NCBI GenBank assembly: GCA_048634245.1
Contig: JAIWAR010000005.1
Coordinates: 1 to 52,649 of the forward strand
Source: Methanosarcinales archaeon
GTDB lineage: Bacteria > Omnitrophota > Gorgyraeia > Duberdicusellales > 4484-171
Direction of reading: 5' to 3'
DNA: 52,649 nucleotides
The translations under genes and the position numbers were made by a program. This document shows, in pieces, positions 33,201 through 41,900 of the stretch. The notes below the pieces were generated by a model, which searched no databases, was not told the origin of the DNA, and saw nothing but the letters and a program-made list of their open reading frames with translations. Numbering within the stretch: position 1 is the first letter of the stretch; every line of letters starts with the position of its first letter.

Positions 33201-35985
33201 TCAACCAGTTAACCAGTTCTTCCACATGCGAAAGAGTTAAAATTTCTAATTCTTTCTCATAAATTGATGTTAATTTGTTCTTTTCAAATATCCTGAAATT
33301 CATCGGCACCCACGGAGAGGTTAAAATGCCGATATTAATTCTATCCAGGCCGCTTAGAACAATTGGTAAACTAAGATTTTCTTTTACCTGCGGAGAGGTT
33401 AAAACCTCTTCTTTCAACAACCCATATATGTAAAACACATTAAGCTCTTTATCCGTCATCGCTTTAATATTGTCTCCTATAACTTTCAAAGGATGCTTTA
33501 ATAAAGGCTCCTTGATTTCTATATTATAAGCCGCAAGAACTGAAGTGATTTCTAAATTTTTCCAAGTCAAACTTATATTTTTTCCAAGTAGTTGATTTTT
33601 TGCCTTTTCAACATTTACCGGAGTTATGTTAATCCCGGTTATTTTTTTAATCTCAGTAACTATTTTTTTCGCGATACCGGGGCCTAAATTTTTCTTTATT
33701 GTCAAAACAATTTCGGAATCATTATCATCGTTACCATTTTTTCCTCCATCGTTACTGCTGACATCACAGTATATTCTTTGGCGACGCCCCCCGTCCTTAT
33801 CTGTTTCTATTAAACCTAATTCTTTCATTAAGGAGCGGTTGATAAAACATTTCCCATTTTCATCTTCAACAATTAGGGCCTTTTTAATAAGGATGTTAAA
33901 TAAATACGTATTGCAATCATCAAATTCAAGCATTTCCGTCTCTAATAACTTTCCTAACAATTTTCTGCTAGTAAAATTTACTGTCTTTAGTTTTTTCCGA
34001 TTTTCGCCGCTCAAACATTCCCAGCCATATTTAAATCTATCTAAAGGACCATTTATTTTTAGAGCACGAGCAAAACTATTTTTAAGAATATACCCCGCTG
34101 CTCTTCGTTTTCCAATATTTTCTTCTTCTAAAAAGCCTAACAAATACAAAATACGCATGGCTCTTTTATCGGCTTTTGTATCAGCATAAAGAATCGGCGA
34201 ATACATTTCCCTTAAGGTGTTCAACAGCAAATATGCGTTCTTCTCACTTAAACCAACAAATAAAGCTTTCACTTCCCGAGACGGATTATCATTCAATTTA
34301 TTCCATAATTCCCAAATTGCTTTATCCTTTTCCTCAATAGAACCCGTATTAAAATAATACCTTTTTCCCTTGTCAAGCTTTCCTATAGATATTAAATCTT
34401 CTTCTATGTCTTCAGTCAAAATGAACATACCCTTGGAGATTTCAATTAATACATTGCTTTTCATAATCCACTTCCTGGAGTCTTGGTTAAAAAAGCCATA
34501 GGTTTTAAACAACTCATAAGTAATTATAAAAATGTTCTCCTCAGATATCTTTTCTAATAACGCGCTAAGATTTTCTTGATATTTTTCCTTATTTCTATTT
34601 TTTGGGAAAGTATATTTATTTAGCAAAAGCAGTTTTACCGTATTTTTCTGATATTCTTCGCTTGTTTTCTTCTGGGCGGCTCTAACATCTTTTCGGGGCT
34701 GTTTTTTTTCTGGTTTCTTTTTATCGTTTACTTTTCGGGATATTCTTTCCTCATCCGCGGTTTTAGTTCTTGTTTTCTTCTTTGTCTTTGGCTTCTTTCT
34801 TCGTTCAGAATCTAGAATTTCCCCTATTTTTATTTTCTCCCAACATTCGCTTCCTTTACCAGCATTAATCTTAATCTCCGGGCTTCCTTTTACTTTTCTT
34901 TGTAAAAATCCTTCCCTTACTAACCATCTTATTTGAGAACTCACACTTGGAGTATTACTTTTCAACAATTTATCTATATATTTAACCTTTATATCTAAAC
35001 ATACATACACAAAAACACGAATTTTGCTTTCCGCCCATTTAGCTACGCCGGAGGAAACAAGATTCTTAATGCCGGATTCAAACAATTTATAGTCTTTCAA
35101 AAATTCCTTTTCACTCTCATAAGAAGAATTTTCATTAAGCATAATCTTTAAGCTTTCTATCCATTTTCCTATCTTAAACTCCCACGCTTTTGCGTTAGTC
35201 AACTTACCTTTTCTTACCAGCTCAATAAATTCCTCCCCCTTATCTGTTACTTTAGCGCGGGAAAATCTATCTTCAGAAACATATATCAATCCCCTCTCTA
35301 TTAAATGCCCCCTGCAATAAAGAATATTTCTCTCTGACATATCGCAATATTTTGCAGTCTCATAATAGGAATAGTCTATTTTAATAGCTAAAAGAACTTC
35401 AAAATCTTCCTTTGAAATATAAAGCCGGTGTTTTATATTCTCAAAATTTTCTAAAGCATTTTTATAATCCTGGATACTTTTCTCTGACTTTCTCTTAGTT
35501 AGAACTTTCTTCAATTCTTCCCTATCAACCTCACCATTAAAATACTGTAACAATACCTTTTTTACTTTATTATTTACAAGATATGTTCTTTCTGTTATAG
35601 GCCTGTTGCCTTGAGCTCTCCCCGTTATAACTTTAGCTCCCGGCTTATAAAACCGCTTTTTTAAATAATGATTGTACAATGATTTTTTATCAATACCTGT
35701 TATCCCTGCTATCTCTTTTACAAAATTATAACCTTGCATTATAGTTGTTATTATTAACACATCATTCGCGTTTACCCCCCACCAATCCTGCGGATTCGTG
35801 CTAAGAAAATCATACAACTCTTTAAGACGCACGAATTGCGGTTCATCAAGGCCTAAAATTTCTTTCATATCTTCACCAAAAACATCCTGTTTCACTTTCG
35901 CGAAAACCATGCCTAATACAAGGAGAGTAAAGACTACTGAGGAAGGTGCTCTATTATCTTTTACACCCCGGATATTTTCCCCCCG
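20176..35985 (-). CDS. Giant DGG-delimited multidomain protein, C-terminal segment (track ORF 20176-35910; frame open to 35985)
   Basis: 5244-aa ORF with 17 DGG motifs. No SD before ATG 35910. The frame stays open upstream into the last DGG of the preceding ORF. Confidence 0.9.
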   Translation of the reverse strand, partial: RGENIRGVKDNRAPSSVVFTLLVLGMVFAKVKQDVFGEDMKEILGLDEPQFVRLKELYDFLSTNPQDWWGVNANDVLIITTIMQGYNFVKEIAGITGIDKKSLYNHYLKKRFYKPGAKVITGRAQGNRPITERTYLVNNKVKKVLLQYFNGEVDREELKKVLTKRKSEKSIQDYKNALENFENIKHRLYISKEDFEVLLAIKIDYSYYETAKYCDMSERNILYCRGHLIERGLIYVSEDRFSRAKVTDKGEEFIELVRKGKLTNAKAWEFKIGKWIESLKIMLNENSSYESEKEFLKDYKLFESGIKNLVSSGVAKWAESKIRVFVYVCLDIKVKYIDKLLKSNTPSVSSQIRWLVREGFLQRKVKGSPEIKINAGKGSECWEKIKIGEILDSERRKKPKTKKKTRTKTADEERISRKVNDKKKPEKKQPRKDVRAAQKKTSEEYQKNTVKLLLLNKYTFPKNRNKEKYQENLSALLEKISEENIFIITYELFKTYGFFNQDSRKWIMKSNVLIEISKGMFILTEDIEEDLISIGKLDKGKRYYFNTGSIEEKDKAIWELWNKLNDNPSREVKALFVGLSEKNAYLLLNTLREMYSPILYADTKADKRAMRILYLLGFLEEENIGKRRAAGYILKNSFARALKINGPLDRFKYGWECLSGENRKKLKTVNFTSRKLLGKLLETEMLEFDDCNTYLFNILIKKALIVEDENGKCFINRSLMKELGLIETDKDGGRRQRIYCDVSSNDGGKNGNDDNDSEIVLTIKKNLGPGIAKKIVTEIKKITGINITPVNVEKAKNQLLGKNISLTWKNLEITSVLAAYNIEIKEPLLKHPLKVIGDNIKAMTDKELNVFYIYGLLKEEVLTSPQVKENLSLPIVLSGLDRINIGILTSPWVPMNFRIFEKNKLTSIYEKELEILTLSHVEELVNWLNDRGLQKFYLSHKSIIKSPNTLQNLKEFEKYGLPEPNMRITQLIIKKNVKEEDIEAFLVANYLNSQSVYQTILSFNRKGDSLAGEMSLDRLKSLCRLEREEFKKIMNSLFNNSFFRNDMEEFFNSARGKAFKPLIEKKRMKAYDGGSNFLTEGLTYSIVTFQSLIGEGIHEARIFEQLGTINESAGLESEYDNVVSRRFKDQNNIGILAKCADGRIIGYLMVNPCGYIQYIVVSSQHQRKGVGVSMIEAAVVEIRVRGGGRLSTDYLDNVEQVVKFYKEKLAEKFKVIVRKPSLYSPKDAPSTFIMYDIKNSFDLKGKDGGAGINRKARFFPVTHKCQLKDDKDGGLKDIPENDRLIKEIKTLAESIRNTWHFDGETESINRLYELIPSLSNLPKEEIIELIDRLIIKTSLINKDSKSQGIVIDLLLSILSELLPDFSAELVKYLKKFDVLARVFRTFPCGKRTVFENLLFHTAYNLPACPIEINLSGDRREKLEINNSLRISLFGGRLREMPYELTRQMGGVLPNARILALFPDETEFELLTKRKITLIPEEGYGFLHVFDALCYVRYYIIDDTLVVSEIQSDYDRMLRDRKLLGKRYANWRIEMMLCLEIYAREMGLKRIIFPASRLIMKRWLGAIEESCFSKVIKDGNVVKALFGDLVGKGLIFFRNETWYIHRKLGLLLNSSDMDLDREYDGNDNRDVFRILRKQFDKGISPQLAERMYDKNMPDLGYVSQKIGPPILWEDELELTEGWSKELAPLKEDLYIARFKKFLRITHLSIPDMYKSSDSGIKQEGDNEERVCGQAFTVSRDGGKYGGGVLKGGRDCDSLLNEECTPGIKALEERNFSSVRITSGEWSPDYKDCKQVPFKFEGEEREVSIEEQNELSSNELRNFKEVSNWLKLYVTAQEYAELQKMTYVFIPVQPAHYGGQRPQIYCARELLEDDRKNRILEELANPTPLNVISEVEENSFICKKDGGSKIRDFDSGDKRLDERLKFDPGFLRRDFVAESRGWTSEIMAEVLGLIREAEADAKNILGDENVGFRYIDIERSSEPFPTAFERDNKGLLINIASTLHSPFRDRDKFLNIMDVHIRHDLGHNTVERGIYPRLKMLSADGSLFRQGFPNHYYIRGLKVDIDKYTFLNINSDKVLQFALETAAHKMGMIFCGGVGKYRKRYKGGIEYALDYYETEITANRLNTNLNNRLSCIVSWQVLADRLDILDFGFRFGEIIANIIDNSPGFAKPCKVLYEDYELIWEKVKPVFSKDKDGGDQPKYLDVSKTYLAIPVKVSVKPGTNKLNIRNGNKNNKLFNDVYGGETGTYETQPQAFNERMASSIVMSCDLSLISLYPDDKAALFAILKGGGVVNYEDSGFVITEGLINESVLEDFSKVELGKFENHREEICDILKNGLSPIRNVVFLNDNAISFVNKIDMLFNILDEKVITAEYVKTADEMPDLHPGICCRVASLVVAAFNLAGYEAYRIRVGRQNFALVKDKDLGQYYLVDFTIAQYLTGNVVGSRHGDKYFDSYFELIAQNLLMKDMLFKHFYNLRGKEQWDQPSTLDKNVADGGRWNNSNDYEVATVKKYGGYHYYVYHLVNKMDKRKLGEASVILRGNKAHIAWFEVFIKGEGLGTIFYKKLEKKLFSEWSIRKVELVGAPKVVEFWEKQKFGGLITGDDMWKILSDDKKEKDENNKDGGELKEKGQPLKREMFFDFIQFKPFSERERDAFQNTLKETALILAGNREIADKLVNDFNREINIVHPRNIIFDPAIREKINYILFFPAFFYASLFLLYSHTDIISEFYYIFFTTPYFFILMFISFGLLGFTHLPLIFGDVFPDRISKMLLQHKYAVIPANVKSSSHESNVYLAEALAHYALYKGFLSNRVTALTKEYLLAKGIEEQTDEAIVREAERMVSIADAAKREEEIIKYVVLNSKAPLRNKFYRSCSDPKVYTLSEEMSPFIMGDFFRDAQGKGRLLLKVTFYPEGEELLAIILNEEVRQIEKQISVQAGEIYAKIYLFLRANILLTGYKDIEIEIVTEDVREVTQRIYNKGSLKGLLSEKDIKVSITQEDKAKVKMMRELACVAASSGKEINTDEIRNVMKEYNISDPLKERTIAGIFSIAGEKEISFDTTKIIRAVDQEYPNKLELKPAEEENFSPAQKTMVEDRTDILRLLPGMKKERINQIYANIKTLKMDIYLRERKIEFLTITAVSFLVIYTGLLLMISSHPGAVINGWFEFKENIFLVVAALCFSLEIAGLYLIRIMGQKPFICSPRKEKVYISHFLTRHAFLRAKMQGIAHLILSGKGIKDRMGYTNAAGVLYAFEKTGLIPAKVYDDFMYGANIAKEKMVIDKKALKQWAKEKTTLKEQYHYYASTPWFWCWKSGERAWMKHSGVALAGYYFAVAKDTLNKEGEVRRPLLAWKVLKKDMGVRNLDGGRLSKAERNKISDALLIINRYMRVEALGEKEVAERKIYEIIELFEKANEDSVNSRFILNVFLLSLKTWEETKQGRETLSAFIRTKAGKNFELALSKNIIPNTGFRASETDDFSAKISWRFIFPVLGTIAEVRFLHLLHIKKIVSNILSEILDSRKGDETKDKIRVLDLGCGILSVPILSALGRSNVFYIGIDRDRWIIKFNKKAAKFLRRENSEYLQTQAGALCFSDNSIDFMIIASCETDWKEVNRVLKPGGLVLCTSRSYQTHIIFQALVDKTGFKKLWEGFSTPGSASANTCILANKPLEKKQGYIFGSGEEGKEITFENSNKRIKANKVIHLFIAMPLLSVMAMIGIHYSPFFLYAYPFLAAFVWSAIKIIQMKFERLEARLDIREKDNFELGADSADKDGGDVATGLFIVAAGFTVLWFFSEVFPKVLAYLGIIKKAGHKNTHIRFEPFILDNGQKVIFYGVSHPGAMFQYPFNLINCCFPELRPFLEKERVVALEHGFYYYVVPPGKYKHYVIDMSDDKERKSVTYMSTSENPKKACWALRNAYMAENIMAVLTKHSELNELFVFTGEDHIRKEKSILYFLKYSKERDELIEKNRNVTPKSYRKLKEEMPIKDGGKIRQEVIKLSDGGQEVIVRKGRLIEQDGVQVLIPLEGKEEKNFDCLAEYLKATWSLPDLRVYSSKHNMVFYSYIHDLLFGSKEMYDPENENLKPGTFKENELNDEAVSIFGDFMFSGLLTQWFEQQQVEEELTKEDFFRDIFQSLELTNYPVMRANIPEDYCYAGSEPFKDKPENQPKRNFLNGEFERPFICAPSKSRILSSEFRKFEFGDIEGRKWTFYSWNTLPRHWVEGRIPQIKRLSVVEKGKEKVLFPKESLIPNEELREATLSQDGKILVIIKNTGIEVLDLETYAVIMKIRRNNVLCGARLLLDNSKNGIKQFYKDGEVITYLKESCDGGVLIGVEKYPRFNLKKAAACLLPSGSNKLCETSDVPHILVLLKSLDNIPVEDGAIGHGEVSSLSLRRGVNFNRGTNFDGGALKEMAEEINRGEEVLDIGERIDEFKNKSPRDQMQIIEELGQIGTYDVLPIFEHASGALHSGIRKTAARALRNISPEEEAVILLRKLLDDNVMTVRYEALCSLGDIHTGEAVKLIAAKLGDDTYMVADKAAELLVKHGDKGIRELLNVLSTDCSKGGHRAAAALKEHCFDLMLIPELYEMYYQNSDPELKGVIADICQAIIKHAYRGMSVLRKTYPKRLKDIDDFVVKLLNCQEDIFRSIRLVDLKNRLAKDKLIIVDEAISNGITTFELYERIRKEVTGSQSILIVGCDISTEYFIVESNRNIACFNFEGGLLQIKLQGRLYPAKEIPIGAEGVLEILSELNRQKKRTAVSTLYLPVLESMESRQISFIRHNIFEPFAQNLEADIIRIFNLLLPENFNEEEIIDAFICEGKNLKNGGILIVGYSRKISESEKINLSNPEYLTKEEELHFIVYQREKDCLVHRYETLYGCGVRSDILLEVIDLYPSCPTHKSEEMQSEQFQDGGRLSKTGEYTLFTTVGQKEPLPSGLFESCDFELVKAIANLKLIIFDLDNTLYRLKHRKYIDKYISMLREAIPEEKKRVIFDNECRKFRDDEGVINEGEVYVRGKKHILEVDSNHRVVKAWSIRVDHSQSRLVRKLIPEDLRAKEYPIIIDKQAYSAMVYVSHDMRPLIIIANMLGGRGLSDIHERFKEHICEHSRDYGIHPDEKLCAMLSTLKKQKMKLVVVSNSDEETVGDILGKLDIANYIDEVIGYADKPLMFGKIIDRFTQPRFRNRIMDLLFNPILRVITRVWPSIPRAMFGKVSPGEIVSIGDDIIRDLAPAKRRGVMTVLISDNRKEWKNENVDAGFNNIYDALGLIIGIKNVVKNNRGKPF
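21292..22794 (-). other. Module: HEAT repeats plus CheR-like methyltransferase fold
   Basis: IRKTAARAL and VRYEALCSLG HEAT-like repeats; IVGCDIS, ISFIRHNIF, ADIIRIFNLL and LKNGGILIVG. Confidence 0.7.
24052..24687 (-). other. Module: TM anchor plus TraB/GumN(Tiki)-like domain
   Basis: Ordered motifs YGVSH, VVALE, RNAYMAENI and VFTGEDHI. Confidence 0.65.
24697..25902 (-). other. Module: class I SAM methyltransferase plus TM hairpin
   Basis: VLDLGCG, IGID, FSDNSIDF and EVNRVLKPGG motifs. Confidence 0.85.
25912..28119 (-). other. Module: membrane protein with two TM-pair units
   Basis: Four long hydrophobic stretches in two similar units, each followed by a helix ending in AH (LAEALAH, MQGIAH). 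Confidence 0.5.
28129..28500 (-). other. Module: GNAT acetyltransferase
   Basis: HIAWFEV..KGEGLGT and VVEFWEKQKF. Confidence 0.75.
28510..29397 (-). other. Module: transglutaminase/papain-like fold
   Basis: GICCRVA helix and YYLVDFTIAQY; the catalytic His is not evident (RQNF). Confidence 0.5.
32248..32763 (-). other. Module: GNAT acetyltransferase
   Basis: IIGYL, IVVSSQHQRKGVG and VVKFY. Confidence 0.8.
33796..35978 (-). other. Module: tandem winged-helix-like domains with Lys-rich linker
   Basis: ETAKYCDMSERNI..HLIERGLI..VTDKG and SVSSQIRWLVREGFL. Confidence 0.6.
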
Positions 35986-38900
35986 TCATTTTCTTGTCTA
36001 TTTGCCGCATTTTTATCAAAACCCATAGCGCCATTATCAAAAAAACGATTTCCTCTATGTATTTTTTTCATCGCATCGCAAAGCTCCTTAAAAAACTTGG
36101 GGCTAAAATTATCCTTTGATACAAGAGAAATATCTATTAAAGGATAAAAAGAAAAGGTACCCTGTAAATAAGCCCCCGCATCTTTCCAGTCTACAGCCTT
36201 TATACATACATTTCCCTCTATAACTTCCACAGAATGTACAAAACCAACCGAATCAAAATCTATGCGAAACCTTACCCCTAGTTTCTGAGATAATCGGCTA
36301 ATTGCTTCCTCAAGGATCGTCCCCACAATAGACGAAGTGTTAGGTGCCAAATTTACTGCGATAATTACATCATCATTTTGATAATCGAAAGTCCCTCTGG
36401 CAAAATCTCCTGCAAGATAATAATCAATAATTTCCCCTTCGTCTTTATATTTTTCCAAAAGGACTAAAACTTCTTTCATAACAAAACTCATTTTAATAAA
36501 GAAAAGCTCTAATCCGTTACCAACGACTATTTTCACTTCCGTTCTTGCTGTCCGGCCGCCGTCTTCACCTGAAATGATATTTATTTCTTTCCTCTCATCT
36601 TGTTTTGCTCCTTCCTCAACAACACTCTCGTCTTCATCTTTACCAGAAAACAACTGCCAGGAGGTTCTATAAAATCTATTGGGCGTTCTTGGATTAGGTT
36701 CGATAGAAAAATCTAAGATATGAGAATCATCTGGATTTTTTAAGAACTCTTCAGGGCCTGCTATTGTTACTGTCCTACGTCCGTCTCGAACAGGCATTTC
36801 ACTTAAATCGCTATAAATAATTTCGAGTTCATCTTTAGAAATTACCTCATCATTTCCCAGACTTCTCAATTTATTTATTAACTGAGGAGCAAAAATCAAT
36901 AACATTTCGTAGTAAAAACTAATCCATCTTATGCCAATGGTAAGAGTTTCCACCTTTACATCTTCCTTAAAAAAAGACGAAATATCCTTAAATCGGCATA
37001 AAAACCACTTATCTTTCTGCAAGTTATTGAATTTATAGGAAAAAGACCAAAGTGCACAATCGTTGTGTAACCACCATTTTTTAAAACTTTTATAGCCAAA
37101 TTTCTTTTCATATTCTCGCACAACAAAAGCAAGAAAATGCATAAACTTGATAAAAGCGGGGTCATCGTTACCAGAAAAAATCTCCTTAAAAGGCCGATCC
37201 AACCCATAATTAGTGGCCAACAATATTGCTCCATCAGCTCTAAAAATCATGCATTCTTGTGCAACAATATTACGGCTAGATGAAGGAAGGGATAAACCAA
37301 ATTTCTTTCTTAAATCATAAGCTCTTCCATACCACTCTATACTGTCATCACCTACCCACACTCTCTTTAATGAACAATCTTCCGGTTCTCTTATCCACCG
37401 GCAAACATCCCTATCACTTTCTAAAATTTTCATCATAGAGTCAAAAACTTCTTTTATTAAGGGGAAATCTTCTCCATATCCCTTACTATATAATCTGATT
37501 CCAGATGGTTTTAAGGTTTTTATAACATTAGCAAATCTATTAGCATATCTTGACACAGCTCTCTGGGGATTTTTAAAAACATCCCCATGAAAAACATGGA
37601 TACTTAACTCTACATTTTTCTCTATACCTCCCTTTAATCGTTCTATTTTTTCAGCTGCACGTTGTGCTACTTTATTATTAGGAAACCACCCATGTGTTAT
37701 TACTACTGGGGGTAAGTTAAAATCGTAAGCCATCTTGCATACATCTCCTAAATCCGCGTCTAAAACTTTATCATGATAATCAAAAGGCTCACTATTAAAG
37801 TAAAACATTACTCTTCTCCCTGTATCTACATTTAGAGCTTTACTAACTTCAACAAGAAATTTATTTACAAGAGGGAAAGGTATAGAAACAATTTTGCCTT
37901 TTTCAGAATCTACCTGACATGTAAGACAGTTATTGGAACAACCTATTGTAATTTGCAAAACAAGATCATCATGGTAAGAATATAGCGGTGATATTATCAA
38001 TTCTCTGATTCTCTGGGGAATACCTTCCATAATATCAACAAAGAATTCGGGATGAGGATTCTCAATCGTAGGAATTTGTTGTATTAAATTATTTATTCCC
38101 TTAGAATCTGTATCTGAGATAAAACATCCATTTTCTCTCGCAAGCCAATAATCAATTTCTCGTAATAAGGCCTTTCCTGCCTCGTTAAGAATAAACTTAT
38201 ATCCCTCAAAAATTCTTTTCCCCCTCCACAACTCATCTTTTTTAATTTCTCCTATACAGGTAGGTAGAAACTGTTCCTTTGTGCTGCCACCATCTCTATT
38301 GCTGGTAACGCCAACGCTTTCCGGCTGTTCCCTTTTTCCCGCTAACTCAATATCCTTTCCCTCATCAACAATCTCAGCAATTTTGTAATACATAGAATAG
38401 GGAGATTCTGAACTTTTTTCTTCAAAAAGTAATACTCCCGGAGATTTAAGATTATTCCCAAGCTCCTTAGCAAAAGATACCGCGCTATTTTCATCATTAA
38501 ATGCCCAGGTAAGGCGACAAATATTTATATCTGCTTTTCTCTCAAGTAAAATTTCCCGGGTATCTTCATCCCTTATATCCATATAAAAATAGGCATAATC
38601 TATACAATCATGGAAATACATCGGGAGTAAAAGGCGAGTTTGAATTTCTGTATTTCTATATGCCCGTGTCAATCTTTTTAAAGATATATCATACCCGGTA
38701 AGCTGAATATGCACCCTTCCAGTAAGTACTAATTCCTTAAATTTCCGGTTATTTTCCGCATACTCAGTTATCATCCGAGCTGCTCCGTACAATTCCTCGC
38801 CAATACCGCAACCAAAACTCTGCACTACTATTTCTATTTCTTCTTCATCCGTTTTAGAAGAAACAACCAAAGGAATCGCCTTTTTCAGTATCTCTTCTTC

Positions 38901-41900
38901 TGCCTCATCAAACGAAAAGTATATCTGATGTTTTGACAAACGAGGAATCCTCAATTCTGCAGTAAAAGCATCATTAATGATTTTGAATAAATGCTTTTTG
39001 CCACACTTTACATAAGGCAAAAAGTACTTAGCTATGTCATCTATTTCCACCTCTTTTCTGCCTCCATCGCATTCTTTTTGTGCCAATATAAAGTAATTCA
39101 TACTTGTTCTCTTGAAGACTTTATTCACCAAAGGAAGTTTATTCATCCATAAAAGAGGTAAAAATTCAGGTTTGTACTCTATTATAGGAGTATACATAGG
39201 AAACATAAAAGCTCGTAAAGGGTTTGCCCCTCTGGTTTCAATTATTCTTAATCCCTTTGATTTAACCAACTCTTCTAAGTAAAAGGCGGTCATAAAGTTC
39301 TCTCTACCCCTTTCACCGTCCTTTATATGTGTCTCCCATGGCTCCCACCATGGGGCATCCTCCCCTCTATCTTTTATTTTCTTTATTAGGCCTGCGGCAT
39401 TAAAATAATTGGGGGTGCTTAAAATTATGAAACCTTTGGGTGCTAAAACTTCTTCTATCTGTCCAACCGCCCTTTGCGGAGAAAATACATGTTCTAAAAC
39501 TTCTGTACATACAACAATATCTGCACTCTTTTTTAAAGGTAAATTTTGGATACTTCCTGTCATAAATCCTATATCTTGAGGATTAAAACTATGCAGCCTT
39601 GATAAATTAAAATAATTATCCAAAAGGTCATCAGAAATACCATATATTTTTTTCAATTCCTCTCTTCTTAAATTTATACTTTCCTTATCAGGTACGATTC
39701 GGGAAGCTTCAAGCGCTTTTTTCGAGATATCCAAAGCAAGAAGCTTGCTTTCAGGGAAACACTCGCTAATAACTCCTAAATTCTGGCCTAACCCCGAACC
39801 TAAATCCGCGATAAAACCTACTTTTCTCCTCGTTTCTTTTATCTTCTTCAGAAATTCTCTTAAAATTACCTGGGTATACGGCGCGCTTAAAAATGCTCCC
39901 GGATTTGTGAATTTTTTATAAAAATCTGTCCCACCATCCTGTTTATCTTCAAGCTCACCTTTCTCTCCATGGAATACTATTTCAGCTGATTCAATCAAAA
40001 CTTTCTGTTTCCAGTCCTCTCCTAACATCTCTAACCGGGAAAACCCTTCTGTCAGGCTTGCCATTGTTTGCTCATCGACCATACCTTTAAATACAGTTTC
40101 CATAAACTTAATCTGCCCGCCAATCTCGTCTATATCATCAACAAAATACCCCCAGTCATAAAATTCTGCATCTCCGCTCATCCGTTTTTCTTTTAATTTG
40201 ATATTTCTTTCCAAAATATTAAATATAAGATTCACGATATCTAAACCATGGAGTTTAAAGGATTCGCATATAGTTATAAAATTATTGCTTATCATCTCTA
40301 CGTCTTCGCAAATATCTTTATTACCCTGCTTCTCTACAAGTTTTTTTAAAATTTCCGCTGAATACTTCAGCTCAATAAGGTAAAACAACGGCAAGATAAT
40401 CCCGCGAATTAACAATTCTGCCTGCTCCCAATCTGTTTTTCGCAGACAAATTATTTTTAAAAAAACGGGCTCCATCAATTTATTTAAAACAAAAAGATGC
40501 TCTCTAAACTTTATCAAAAATTCTTCTACCCCTTCGTTAGGATAAAAATAATTAATCGGATTGTTTATCTCAATAAAACCTAATTCATCCGATGTAATTT
40601 CGGGCGCTAATTGAATAAAATTATCCTTCTTCCTCCAGCTATCAGGCGAATCCCTATTCTTTAACAGTTCATCCGGAGAAGCTAAAACTTTATTGTTTAC
40701 ACTGCCAACTAACAGATAACCTAAGCTGGCATAAATCTTATTAGCAAAAGACATGAAACCCCTTATATTCTCAGAAATATCCTTAAGCTGCGATGACGGC
40801 TCAGCTAATATACAGTTAATTTGCGCATGGATTGCATTTTCCACCAAAAACGACACCATTGCATATGCATTCTCAATATACTTTTTAGCCTCGCCTTCTT
40901 GTACTTTTCTCATCTCATAAAGCTGCTTCTCTGACATACTCTCAACACCTAATTCAACTCTGTAAAGCCCGAGAGATTTTAATCTTATAATCGCCTCTTC
41001 TGACCTTTTATTAAGCTCTCTCACTCTTGTTTGAATAGAGAATGTTAATTGCTCAAATAATTCGGGATTATTTTTTTGTTCCTCTTCCATTAAATCTATA
41101 AATTCAAATAACCAACTGGGATTTTGTAAAAAATCATCATCGTTTAATCCTATCCTTCGAATATGGGAATTCTTAAGCACATACATTATATTCTCAACAA
41201 CCCGTTTGGAAGATATACTGCCTCTTAATTTAGGCGCAAAACAAAAAGCGCATTCTGCGTATGAACAGCCGTCCTGCGCATATATAGATAACTCATCATA
41301 CGGCTGCGCCGCTTCTGGAGGATAATACCTCTTATTATATTCCTTACCATATGGCAAGATACTCGTAATTCTATGGAACTTATCCATTGAAACCGGTGGA
41401 AAACCGGATTTCCGGCGTTCTCTCTTATCCATAAGATATCTCTCCACAGGAGAAATACCCTTATATAGACGCTCTATGAATCTTTTCTTTATTTCATCCG
41501 GATTTTCCTCATATACCCCCTGACTATCTTTTACTCCATAAAATGATTCAATAATGCCTGCTTTATCCTCTAGATGTCCATTCACTATAATGTCCTTTTC
41601 GTCCCCTTTTGTTTTTATTTCCGCGATTATTTCAGTATTTTCAAGAACATTTTTTACCTGCCTTACTACCGCATCCGGGTTAGGTCCAATCGCAACTATT
41701 CTATTCTCAGCTTTTCCCCCAATAATACTGCCAACTTTCATAAATATGTTCTGCGGGAATATGTTATATCTATAATCCGAAAGTTCTCTACTGAGTCTTT
41801 CACCCGATAATTCAGCTGCATGAAAACTGGTTAAAGGGCTTATAAAATGACATTCTCCAAATTCAATATTAATCATCTCTTTTTTATTATTTAATTCCCT

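Noticed and set aside
35975-35984. GGGAAAA as a canonical -1 ribosomal slippery heptamer
   Set aside because: The upstream frame reads GGG GGG AAA, not G GGA AAA, so the heptamer is out of phase. A DNA- or transcript-level indel is more plausible.
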